Shown here: positions 11,672-24,360 of the stretch, piece by piece | How positions within the stretch are numbered: position 1 is the stretch's first letter | Layout: every line of letters starts with the position of its first letter | NCBI RefSeq assembly: GCF_006345805.1 | Contig: NC_043003.1 | Span: forward strand, 32,798,001-32,862,000 | Origin: Octopus sinensis | Taxonomy: Eukaryota | Length of the DNA: 64,000 nucleotides | Reading direction: 5' to 3' | Position numbers and translations under genes: made by a program | The notes under the pieces: model-generated | The model's database searches: none | What the model saw: the letters and a program-made list of their open reading frames with translations, nothing else | What the model was told of the DNA's origin: nothing

Positions 11672-12204
11672 ACTGATGCAGTACCAGGCAGTAGCTTTCA
11701 TGGCTTCTAATCTTAACTGATTGGAAGTGTTATCATGTACATTGTTTGGTCTTAGTACAAAAGACGGGCTACAGAAAATTTTCTGCTCAGTACCACAGAT
11801 TTGCTTGACAGTTGTTCGACCTTAACCAGCTGAGCATGTCCATTAGTGCATCTCTGGACACGAGTAGATGTAGTGGGGAAGCATCATAGCCATGTGTTGT
11901 AAGGAATTCTTTGGGGTTTGGATAATTCCTCTTTGGAAATATGGGTGTTTCGTTCAACATCTTTAAACAACCCTTATTCAGGGACCTTTGAGCGGCATGG
12001 GACACTCGACCTGACGAAAATTCTGAGTCCCATCTGCAAGGTCATGCGATGTTTATCTTGATATGAGATCACCATGTCGTGCACATATTGTTGTGATGCA
12101 TGTATCTGGTGTACCCTTATCAGACGGGTAGTCATGATGGGTATACTGGGCTTCGTATATTTTACCCAAGTGTCAATTTGATGGTATCCACTGCACTGTC
12201 ACAC
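11672..12204 (+). mobile_element. Diverged copy of the 556-bp (TAA)n-associated element
   Basis: Colinear with 14550-15105; followed by (TAA)n. Strand is assumed from the position of the (TAA)n. Confidence 0.85.
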
Positions 12205-12223
12205 AATAATAATAATAATAATG

Positions 12224-12283
<60 letters not shown>

Positions 12284-12340
12284 GTGATATGAAGAAGAAG
12301 AGGAAAAAGAAGAAGAAGAAGAAAAAGAAGAAGAAGAGGA

Positions 12341-12373
<33 letters not shown>

Positions 12374-12834
12374 CTTTAGCAGCAGCATCATCATCTTTTC
12401 TCTTGTTTACTCAAACAGATGGAGCGGCTACCCAAACTGTTACAGGACCCTTCAAATTGGTGCGAAAATGTTAGAAGAACATAATGAGTCACTGGTTACT
12501 TGTAGCTAATACTTCGGTCTTTGTCAATAACTCATCCAGAAATCAATAGCCGCGTGTGCATTTGTAGGGTAAAAAACAGAAACTAGAAGAAGTCCCCCTA
12601 CAGATTACTGATGTGTCCAGTCTCCTGGTATTCTAGGGGACCACAGCGAGCTGATAACCCACAAAAGTATGCACTAAGATATTTTGAAAGAAGCAGTCCA
12701 GCATCGGACTAAAGGCTTTGGAGTATTTAGTTTGACCTTTTTACGATGTAGGTTCGAATATCGCTGGAATCTAACGTATCTTTTATTATCTTCCCAAATC
12801 TCAAAGTAAATAACTAAGTGTGAATCACATATTG

Positions 12835-13700
<866 letters not shown>

Positions 13701-13719
13701 GCCGTTGTTTTCTTGTTAT

Positions 13720-13940
13720 TAAGGCGGCGAGCTGGCAGAATTGTTTGTATGGCAGACGAAATGCTTAGCGGCATTTCGTCTGTCTTTACGTTCTAAGTTC
13801 AAATGTCACCGAGGACGACCTTTACTTTCCCTCCTTTCGAGTAAGGGTGTGGAGGCTACAATAATTACTAGTTGAGCACTGCTGGGGGTCGATGTAGTCG
13901 ACTTACCCAAACCCAGAAATTTCAGGCATGTGCCTATATC
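13720..13940 (+). mobile_element. SINE family B
   Basis: Head, B box and diverged core present. Confidence 0.85.
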
Positions 13941-13980
13941 AAATAATAATAATAATGATAATAATAATAATAATAATAAT

Positions 13981-14530
13981 AAGCTATGCCAACATTATGG
14001 AATAACAACAGAAAAAAGATGGTATAGGCACACACCAGAAGAGGTCACAGAAAACGAGAAAGCAACCATACTCTGGGATATGCCGATACACACAGATAGA
14101 GAAATTAAGGCCAACAGACCAGATATAGTTGTCAGAGATCATGAAGAAAAAAAATGCTTTCTAATTGATGTATCAATACCGGCAGATGACAACGTGTCTC
14201 TAAAAGAAATGGAGAAACTCTCAAAATACAAAGACCTGGAAATAGAGGTAACTAGAATGGGAATCTGAAAACAGAAACAATTCCTATCATAGTAGGTGCA
14301 TTAGGCATGATAAAAAAATATTCAGACAAATACATAACAAAAACACCAGGACTTACAAACACATATAACATACAGAAAATTGCACTACTAGGCACTGCAC
14401 ACATCCTACGCAGAACACTTTCCATACAATAACCATCAGAGCATCACAACAAATCACAGCACATACCCAAGGCACACAGAGCTGCGCTCGGTAGTGAAGT
14501 GAAAGCACGCTATAAAAATAAAACTACTGA
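13981..14530 (+). mobile_element. 5'-truncated R4/Dong-like non-LTR retrotransposon (restriction-like endonuclease domain plus 3' UTR) in (TAA)n
   Basis: KLCQHYGI...ILWDMPIHTDREIKANRPDIVVRD..KCFLIDVSIP..EKLSKYKDLEIEVTRM, then after a 1-nt frameshift near 14258 NLKTETIPIIVGALG...IQKIALLGTAHILRRTLSIQ* (stop 14430-14432). PD..D..K RLE motif; (TAA)n on both sides. Confidence 0.85.
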
Positions 14531-14549
14531 ATAATAATAATAATAATAA

Positions 14550-15105
14550 ATGCCCTGATGCAGTACCAGGCAGTGGCTCTCATGGCTTCTGATCTTAACT
14601 GATTGGAAGTGTCATCATGTACATTGTTTTGTCTTGGTATAAAAGATGGGCTACAGCAAATATTGTGCTCAATACCACAGATTTGCTTGTGAGTTGTTTG
14701 ATCTTAACCAGTTGAGCATGTCCCTTAGTGGCTGACGATACGTGCATCTCTGATCACGAGCAGAAGTAGTGGGGGAGCATCATAGCCATGGGTTGAGAGG
14801 GATTCTTTGGGGTTTGAATAATTCACCTCTGGAAACATGGGTGGTTCTTTCAACATCCTTAAACAACCCTTATTCAAGGACCTTTTGAGCGGGATGGGCT
14901 ACTCAACCTGAAGAAAATTCTAACTGGGCCCCACCTGCAAGGTCATGTGCTGTTTATCTTGATATGAGATCACCATGTCGCGCACATATGGTTGTGATGC
15001 ATGTGCCTGGTGTACCCTTATCAGACGGGTAGTCATGATGGGTATATTGGGCTTCGTATATTTTACCCCAGTGTCACTTTGATGGCATGCACTGCTCTCT
15101 CACTC
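14550..15105 (+). mobile_element. 556-bp non-coding (TAA)n-flanked element, copy 1
   Basis: Starts ATGCCCTGATGCAGTACC, ends CTCTCTCACTC; (TAA)n on both sides; no long ORF. Confidence 0.85.
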
Positions 15106-15136
15106 AATAATAATAATAATAATAATAATAATATAA

Positions 15137-15692
15137 ATGCCCTGATGCAGTACCAGGCAGTGGCTCTCATGGCTTCTGATCTTAACTGATTGGAAGTGTC
15201 ATCATGTACATTGTTTTGTCTTGGTATAAAAGATGGGCTACAGCAAATATTGTGCTCAATACCACAGATTTGCTTGTGAGTTGTTTGATCTTAACCAGTT
15301 GAGCATGTCCCTTAGTGGCTGACGATACGTGCATCTCTGATCACGAGCAGAAGTAGTGGGGGAGCATCATAGCCATGGGTTGAGAGGGATTCTTTGGGGT
15401 TTGAATAATTCACCTCTGGAAACATGGGTGGTTCTTTCAACATCCTTAAACAACCCTTATTCAAGGACCTTTTGAGCGGGATGGGCTACTCAACCTGAAG
15501 AAAATTCTAACTGGGCCCCACCTGCAAGGTCATGTGCTGTTTATCTTGATATGAGATCACCATGTCGCGCACATATGGTTGTGATGCATGTGCCTGGTGT
15601 ACCCTTATCAGACGGGTAGTCATGATGGGTATATTGGGCTTCGTATATTTTACCCCAGTGTCACTTTGATGGCATGCACTGCTCTCTCACTC
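15137..15692 (+). mobile_element. 556-bp element, copy 2 (tandem, 587-bp period)
   Basis: Appears identical to copy 1 by eye. Confidence 0.85.
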
Positions 15693-15734
<42 letters not shown>

Positions 15735-16849
15735 TTTTATTGATGTAAATTATAACGGTGGCAGAGGTCATACTTACCTAAAAGATCTGTTGCGACATTC
15801 GGTAGATAACACATAAAGCTGTAAAAAATCGATTTCGCCTCATGAAATAATAAATGTTAGGTGAACTATCTCGATCGAAATGCATCATATAGAAGCGTTT
15901 TCGTGTTTATGGGCAGATAAGGTGAGAAGTCTTGTTTAATTAGTGGGCTAGACGTCTCTTCACTTGCTGGTACTGCAGTGTATGTGAAAAAGATGCAGCT
16001 AGAAATATCTGTAGTGACGTTGATTCTTGGTTTGTCGTCAATTTTGTGGTGCATTCCGCGGGTAAACACATTGCTAGTTAAGGCTTGAATAAAGTTTCTG
16101 GTAAAAATGAACACCAAAGACCACATGGCAGACTAATAGTATACCTCATTGTGGAAGCGGATATCAATCAGACAGATGGTGCAAGAAAATTCAGTTGTTA
16201 CATGCTTGGAAGTGATAACCTCTTGAATATTCTCCTTCCAGAAGCGGAAAAGGTAGAATAGAAGGAGGTAATTGTACGTAGCAACAAAGACAGGAACAAC
16301 ACCAGGTCCTAGAATTGTAATCGGCATGAAGAAAAATTGTTTCTACATTCTCACCTTGTTCTGTGTTTTCTGATACTCTCCACGAGGAAATTTTTAGAAA
16401 GTCATCACTTAGCCCCGTTGTTAGCATAATCTTAGCTTACCATGTTTTCTTATATGTTTGGATTTCGATTGCTTTGTCTTTCATCACATAGGGTCATTCA
16501 AATATTTTATCTGATGTAAAAATATTTATGCAGGAGCTGACAAAGGCAAAAAATGATTAACAAGTCTCTCGCAACTCACACTCGTCTATTTAAAGCAACG
16601 AGGATGCGTTCTGTATTATATTTCTAGATATATTGGCTGAGAAAAGAAGATTAGATTCACTCGGATGTAAAGAGGTCTTTCCAGGAGCTAAGCAGCAAAG
16701 ATATCAACAACAAGCTTTCTGTGGAGATTCTCTGATTATAAGTAAAAAAAACCTTTCAGTAGATTTATATGAATATCTAACACTGTATAAGAACTACTCT
16801 AGTGCAAAACTATGTTGGCACACAAGTTTATTCGTTATCTTAAACGAAA

Positions 16850-17062
16850 TATTGGTTTCCAATTTTGATCCAAGACCAGCAAGCTCTGGAGAGGGGATAA
16901 AATCAATTACATCGACCCCAGTGCATGACTGGTACTTATTTTATCGACTTTCGGCAGGACGAACGGCAAAGTCATCCTCAGCGAAAGTTGAACTCAGAGC
17001 GTTAAGGCAAATGAAATGCTGTAAGGTATTTTTCCCGGTGTGCTAGCGATTCTACCAGCCTT
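16850..17062 (-). mobile_element. SINE family B, diverged
   Basis: Core and head recognisable. Confidence 0.75.
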
Positions 17063-17263
17063 ACATCTTAAACGAAATACTGAAAGCTAATATTAGAATA
17101 GCAGTTTCCTAATTTTCGTAAGAGGTAATGAGATTTGGTCAATTGTGTCTTAAAATCTCCCTCAATGATATCCCCTCAAATCGTTCTGAGATCTAGCCAA
17201 ACGGTTAGACTACGCACACAAACACACACACACGAATATATATATATATATATTATATATATA

Positions 17264-17302
<39 letters not shown>

Positions 17303-17749
17303 CGAGTAAAACGCCCCCGTCCAATGGACGGTGCTGAGTTGTCAAACAATTAAACCAAATTTTCTCAAAACAACTTGTCCGACCGTCCCATAGGCCTCCC
17401 CTCTGAGAAACACCTATTTAACCTAAATTTGAAACATCAGCAAAAGAAGAAATAAAGATAGACTTTTTTTATTCCAAAGAAAAACGATTTTATTCACATA
17501 AATATGCAGCCGAAGAGTTTAAAGTACCAGTAAGTACATCGCAACAGCTGATGTACTTGCGCATACAAATGCACGTTCTCACGGCTTTATCGATCGCATT
17601 CTCACCTGGAATCAATTTTTGTAATTTTTTCAAGACTTATACACGCCCTGATACCGTCGGTATCTACATATCAAATTTGAGCGCCATCGGATGGAGGATG
17701 CCCGAGATCCTTGAAGACACACACGCACACAGACAGACAGAACGGATTT

Positions 17750-17760
<11 letters not shown>
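17303..17760 (-). mobile_element. Non-autonomous Helitron-like element
   Basis: On minus: 5' TATATAAAATCCGTTCTGTCTGTCTG; 3' perfect hairpin CCGTCC-ATT-GGACGG (17317-17331) about 10 nt before CTCG (CTAG variant); embedded in (TA)n. Confidence 0.65.
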
Positions 17761-17786
<26 letters not shown>

Positions 17787-17787
17787 C

Positions 17788-17844
<57 letters not shown>

Positions 17845-18224
17845 ATATATATATAATATATATATATATATATACATAAAAATTTAACAATTTCGAAAAA
17901 AGCCAGCCATTTACATAAATATATGATGAATGAACATTTCCATGTGCTACGATGGACTCGACGATTGTCTGTTTGGTTCCGCCTGGTATGTCGGTTTTGT
18001 TTATTTTTGATATGTTTTGAATATGTTTCACTGATGGACAAAAGACGTAGATAATACGTTAATTGCGAAATCACAGGTGATCTGGAACTAAATTCTTTTT
18101 TTGAATGTCTTGCTTTGAGAACTGCATTCGGTACGATCCGTTTACTTTTGGTAGTAATGACTGTGAAAGTCCCTCCTAGCGTGTGGCATTAATGTGTAAT
18201 AATGCCCTCTATATAATATATATA

Positions 18225-18334
<110 letters not shown>

Positions 18335-18343
18335 TATATATAT

Positions 18344-18562
18344 CAGTGGTTTTCAACCAGGGTTCTGCGGAACCTTAGGGTTCCGCCTGTACAGTCCAGG
18401 GGTTCCACAAGAAGTTACAAAACTGCTAAAATCGGCAGTAATTTTTAAGTCTCCTGTGCAGATATGTGTGCATAAGACTATTAGATTATTGCACAGGGGT
18501 TCCTCAAGCCAGTGGAATGTTTCCTTGGGGTTCCGCTCCAGCAAAAAGTTTGAAAAGCACTG
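18344..18562. mobile_element. hAT-type MITE (219 bp)
   Basis: TIRs CAGTGGTTTTCAA / TTGAAAAGCACTG; inserted in (TA)n. Confidence 0.85.
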
Positions 18563-18893
18563 ATATATATATATATATAAGATCAAAGGTAGAACAGAAA
18601 AAAACACAACAAACGGAAACCGTCAAAACACAATATGCAGGAAAAGGACAAAAGCACGACACCGGCAAACAGGACAGACCAAAATTCCACGGATCATTCG
18701 CAGCCAATTGCCTCTTTAGTCGAAATCCGGAATGTCCACGAAGCTTCGTCCATTTATTTCCGATACTTCTCGAAACCGGCTGGGCCAAGGACTCAAGCTA
18801 AAAGTATTAAGCCCCTGTGCAAGGCAAACGAATTTACGTTTAGGAAAACAAATACGTAAACAACAGAAAGGGCTTTTCGACTCTCGGACGAGC

Positions 18894-18958
<65 letters not shown>

Positions 18959-19242
18959 ATGTATTTGTTTTCCCATATTCTTGATGTGCAATCGTATGTT
19001 GAAACCGATACTGTTATATTTCGGGACGGTCATTTTTTTTCTTTTTTGATAAACACACGCACTGTATATTTGTTCTTCATTTTAGTTTTATTATTGTTCT
19101 TATTTTAGTCTTCTTTGTGAAACATAAGAACAATAATAAAGCTGAAATGAAGAATGATCAATGGAGTGCGTGTGTTTATTTGGCAAAATATAAAAAAAAG
19201 TGACCATACATACATACATACGTACATGCATACATGCATACA

Positions 19243-19400
19243 TACGACGCGCTTCGTCCAGTTTCCGTCTACGAAATCCACTGACAAGGCTTTGGTCGGC
19301 CACGCCATTGTAGAAGAAACTTGCCCAAGGTGCTACTCAGTGGGACTGAACCCGGAACCAAGTGGCTGAAAAGCAATCTTTTAGCCACACAGCCATACTT
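19243..19400 (-). mobile_element. SINE family A 5' half
   Basis: Matches family A head and body. Confidence 0.8.
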
Positions 19401-19918
19401 AACTTCTCTCTGCATGCAGTCCAGACTGCTTGTGTTGGTGGCAGCATTGTTAACTTCGAAGTATTAAGTAACTTCGGCTTGACACAAACATGTACGCTGT
19501 ATGCAATAAATCAACTATTCATATTGTCTTTATGTTACGAGTATTAATATTTATAGATTAGATAGCTGATATAATGCCAGAGGAGAATCTAACTTCTGCA
19601 TGAACAGTGAAACAAAATATAATCGAGTAAACTTAGACGACAAGATAAACTGAACATCATCTCAGAGTGAGTATGAACGTAATATCTTATAACAAGGCAG
19701 CATTTGTGAATTTCTTATAAGTATTGCGATAAATTTCATGATCGTTATAAATAGTTCTCCACAGTTACTATTTATGAAGGCTCTGGGTAGTTTCCAAGGC
19801 ATTGAAGACGTGTTCAATGTTTGTCATTGTATTCCGGACAGCAAGATTTAAGAGACGGACAAAGATGGCAAAGAGGTACAATCCTTTATTCTTGTTACCA
19901 CACCTCTATGAACATCAT

Positions 19919-20299
19919 GGAGGCGCAATGGCCCAGTGGTTAGGCAGCGGACTCGCGGTCATGGGATCGCGGTTTCGATTCCCAGAAAGGGCGTTGTGAG
20001 TGTTTATTGAGCGAAAACATCTAAAGCTCCACGAGGCTCCGGCAGGGGATGGTGGTGATCCCTGCTGTACTCTTTCACCACAACTTTCTCTCACTCTTAC
20101 TTCCTGTTTCTGTTGTACCTGTATTTCAAAGGGGCGGCCTTGTCACTCTCTGTGTCACGCTGAATATCCCAGAGAACTACGTTAAGGGTACACGTGTCTG
20201 TGGAGTGCTCAGCCACTTACACGTTAATTTCACGAGCAGGCTGTTCCGTTGATCGGATCAACCGGAACCCTCGTCGTCGTAACCGACGGAGTGCTTCCC
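19919..20299 (+). mobile_element. tRNA-derived SINE family C, full length (central region resembles a Deu/Nin domain)
   Basis: A-box TGGCCCAGTGG and B-box-like GGTTTCGATTCC; partial second copy at 34504-34666. The motifs TGTTGTACCTGT and TTCACGAGCA suggest a Deu domain (from recall, unverified). Confidence 0.75.
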
Positions 20300-20479
20300 A
20301 TGAACATCATTCATATTCCCCGCCGCATCAAAACATGGGCTAACAAGTTTTTTAATTCCAAGTTACTCCGTCCCATGTACATTTTTTGACTGGTATACAG
20401 TAAACTCTTCCTTCAGCAGAATGGGTTACATAAAATCCCATGAAGGACTCCTTGATCTCTCTTTTAGTTAGAAAAAGGC

Positions 20480-21125
20480 CCTAGAGGAAGCTATGTCATC
20501 TGGCGACGCATCCCAGGTGAAGGTGAAGAGACTGGAATTAAACCAGCACCTCAAAGCCAAACACATGGGCGAGGGAATCAAGGCCGCTGGATGGGCACGG
20601 GTTGTAGAAGCTCAACGTGGAAATGATTCCATAATTCGATCTGTGGTGAATACGCAAGGTGATTTGATAAATGAACCCGAGGAGATGTGTCGGACCTTTC
20701 AGAAGCACTTCGCCCAGCTTTTCGGGGGTGGGGGGTAGAGCGATGGGCCAGATTGCAGGGTGGACCTTACGGACTTCCTCGCCGGCCTGCCGCGTCTCTC
20801 GAGGCAGGATGCGAAGAGCTGTGAAGGGTCGATCACACCTGGGGAAGTTATTGAGGCTATAGCGGACTACGGCAGTGGTAAGGCGCCGGGTCTCGATGGT
20901 CTTCCCTACGAGCTATATAAAAGTATGCCAGACTTATTTGGGAACATACTGGCTAGCGTTTATAGATAATTTCAGGCCCATCACTCTGCTGAACGCAGAG
21001 ATGAAGATTTTGGCCAAGTTGTTAGCAAAAAGATTGACGCGTATCGCGGATGGCCTGATCGGAAGGGCACAAACTTGTGCAGTCCCCGGTAGAACCATCC
21101 AAGATAATCTTCATCTTATACGCTA
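20480..21125 (+). mobile_element. L1/Tx1-clade LINE ORF2 fragment (linker and RT N-terminus), decayed
   Basis: FQKHFAQLF...LPRLS...CEGSITPGEVIEAI...GKAPGLDGLPYELY...NFRPITLLNAEMKILAKLLAKRL...QTCAVPGRTIQDNLHLIRY across frameshifts. Confidence 0.85.
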
Positions 21126-21639
21126 CTTGTTATATACAGTATTTAGTCCACTCAACACCGACATTTTGTACTTTATTCTACCTCAGCATGACTTCCTGTT
21201 CACAAGTTCCATTTGCAAATTTTGTGCAGTTGGTTTGCTTTTTTTTGGTCTTCAAAGGTTAAAGTGACGCTATATATAGATACTTAAGGATAATACAAAG
21301 TTTGATGTTTGTGAGGGTTACAAATAAGTTAAAGATAAAGTTTAAGTCATTATTGATAAAGATAAAGTTTAAATTATTATAAAATCTCTCAAACTTGACC
21401 CCTCAAGGAATTCCTTTGTATCAATTTGTATCAAAATTAACTAATTTGGCTCAGTTTCAGTGGAAATGTTCTGTGGAGACATCGGAGCCAAGCTGTGAAT
21501 CTCTATGAGTTACATTCGTATCACCCTCCCCTTTAGTTACGTAGAACATTTTCAGATTCAGAAGACTCAGGTCCTGCAGAGACCCGAAGTTTGTTTTCTT
21601 TGTGAAAACAAAGTTATTTTCTCAAATGGCACCAAATAG

Positions 21640-22097
21640 ATACAGTGACCTTTCCGAACGCCAGACAAACAAATGGTCATGTTTGAACTGATCGTGCCTT
21701 TGGAGGAACACACACAGGAAGCTCATGAAAAGAAGCTTTCCAGATACCAGGAGCTGGTATAACAGTGCAGAAATAGGAGCTGGCAGTCACGTGACCTGTA
21801 GTGAGTTTGTAGGGCATTCATTTTGCAAAGCTTTGACTGGGCTTGTAGTAACTGGTGCAACAAAGAGGTAGACTATAACTTCCATCACTGGAACAACAGA
21901 GAAGGTCACTAGGTGATTTTGATAAAGAAGGCAGACCAGTGGTTTGCTGCTTTTGGGATGCAAGCCAGGACTTGATCAACGCTAGCTGGGTCAACTGGGT
22001 AAGGGGCTCTGATGTTGAAAGACCAGAAACCCCCTGAGACTCCAGAAACATGACTGACGATACGTCCTAGAGCGTCAGGGAGATGTATCTTAAAAAT
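21640..22097 (+). mobile_element. HERO-like RLE non-LTR retrotransposon 3' end
   Basis: Manual translation KQMVMFELIVPLEEHTQEAHEKKLSRYQELV*QCRNRSW...VCRAF; 3' UTR with CTGATGTTGAAAGACC and terminal AGATGTATCTT resembles HERO-clade 3' ends (from recall). Confidence 0.7.
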
Positions 22098-22112
22098 ATG
22101 CATAAGAATATT

Positions 22113-22144
<32 letters not shown>

Positions 22145-22235
22145 TGTATGTATGTATGTATGTATGTATGTATATATATATATATATATGTGTGTGTCTG
22201 TGTGTGTGTGTGTGTATATATATGTGTGTGTGTGT

Positions 22236-22621
22236 AATAACAACGGATGGATTGTAGTTCACTGACTACAGCTGTTTTAGATGTGGTTTTTATTGATGTG
22301 TAGAATTATTACATATTACGAAAAAAATAAAAAGGAATAACAGACGCTTTCATCAGGTGAATATATTTGCGAAATAAAGCTTTCAAAATATCTTAGAATC
22401 CAAGTAAGTGCTATTTCATGACTCTCTGGCCGAATTTTCGCCAGAGAGTCGTGGACTGGCACTTACTTGGATTCTAAGATGTTTTGAAAGGCTTAATTCG
22501 AAGATACATACACCTGATGAAATCGTGTTTTGTTTTCAAATGATGTAATACTTCTATTCATCAATAAAACGCACGTCTGAAACAGCTGTAGTGAGCGAAC
22601 CACAATCTCTCTGCTGTTATT
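22236..22621. repeat. Imperfect ~385-bp foldback (palindromic) element
   Basis: Arms pair from the centre GACTCTCTGGC...GCCAGAGAGTC outward through CTTAGAATCCAAGTAAGTGC/GCACTTACTTGGATTCTAAG and ACTACAGCTGTT/AACAGCTGTAGT. Confidence 0.85.
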
Positions 22622-23167
22622 TGTTTATTATTCACTATACTCGTAACATGGAATTAGCGTGAAACTGGAGTCTATTGAGTGCAGTACAATTGGCGTAGTG
22701 CTTGTACAAAGGTGCAGTCTTGAGATACATGGTATATTCAGTCAGCTGTTTGTTATTGTACATGCAACTGGAGTGTAAATCCGTGTTTACTTCGGTAAGT
22801 ATATACACGTTACACAAATTTTGCTTTGTATGCAATAGCGATTTCACTGACCGGATCTTAATGCTTTACTATTTGAAGATCTGATTCACTTAAATCCTGA
22901 ACTTATATATATATATGTAGACACACAAATAAGTATATATATGTTCATACATATATCTCTCTTCTGTGTGTGTGTAGACAGGTAGTCAATCAGGTAAGTA
23001 GTAAGCTAGCTAGCTAGCTAGCCAACTAGAAGCTATTATAGGTGAATAGCCAGAAAAATCTATAGATAATTATTGAGTGACACAGTGAAATGGATAAACT
23101 AGAGAAACAGATGACGAAATAAATATATAAATAAATACATCAAGGAAGAAAGAAAGATTGAATACAC

Positions 23168-23204
<37 letters not shown>

Positions 23205-23290
23205 CAAGAAAAAGAGAGCTAATAGGCAAATAGATAAAGAGATAGATAAAAAGATGGAAAGAGAGAAACTGAGTGAGTGAGTGAGTGATA

Positions 23291-23321
<31 letters not shown>

Positions 23322-23669
23322 TGTGTGTAGATGGTGAACGAGAGTGAATGAATGAGAGATTAAGAGACAGAAAGCGATAAAGCGCAACATAAGTGGCGTG
23401 AAGTAAAAGGTTTGGATTCTAAAATAAATATGGTTGTGTCTGATTTATTGGAAAGTAAAAACAGACAGTGAAAGCGACGAAATTTTAAGACAATGGAGAG
23501 TGTCTTTCTTCAACTTTGATGCTTCGAGTAGTCAGAATTTCTAAGACGAAAGCAAAAATATCGATCTTCGAATTAAATGCTGTCTACCATTTAAGTCCCC
23601 GAGAAGGTCGACCTTTTAAAACTTTGACAGTGATTCTTATATTTGTTTGTTCGCTCGATCATTTGATTA

Positions 23670-23671
23670 CA

Positions 23672-23709
<38 letters not shown>

Positions 23710-23738
23710 TAATAATAATGATAATAATAATAATAATG

Positions 23739-23796
<58 letters not shown>

Positions 23797-23897
23797 TAAT
23801 AATAATAAACAACAACAACTTAAAAATAACAAACCTACCTGATACAATAATCGTATAATGACTGCTACCACGACTACTATATAGTAGATTTTTAAAG

Positions 23898-23934
<37 letters not shown>

Positions 23935-23962
23935 CATACACTCTGCTTGTATGTATGTATAT

Positions 23963-24016
<54 letters not shown>

Positions 24017-24258
24017 CACATATATACATATATATGCATATATATATGTGTGTGAGTGTGTGTTTATAAGATACATTTATTTATATAATATACTACGTGT
24101 ATATAAAATACTCATGTATATATAATGTGCATATGTATGTGTATGTACATCAACGGTCACATAAACTATAAATACACATATAGTATGCACACATACGCAC
24201 ACACACACACGCACATACACACACAAACACACCTTTACTTATTCACGCCCATTATATA

Positions 24259-24309
<51 letters not shown>

Positions 24310-24360
24310 CACATATATATATATACATACATATACATACACACACACACAAACATAACT
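23670..24360. repeat. (TAA)n and (TA)/(CA)n microsatellites
   Basis: Directly visible. Confidence 0.9.

Noticed and set aside
14550-15692. Regularly spaced repeats as a CRISPR-like array or as LTRs
   Set aside because: Long identical units with microsatellite spacers, eukaryotic context, no cas genes, no TG..CA ends or PBS.
15770-15790. ATACTTACCT resembling the U1 snRNA 5' end
   Set aside because: The match stops after 10 nt; it is just the reverse complement of a splice-donor consensus.
19919-19990. tRNA gene (also the heads at 10140-10208, 13720-13800 and 35630-35707)
   Set aside because: A/B boxes continue into SINE bodies with no acceptor stem; these are SINE heads.
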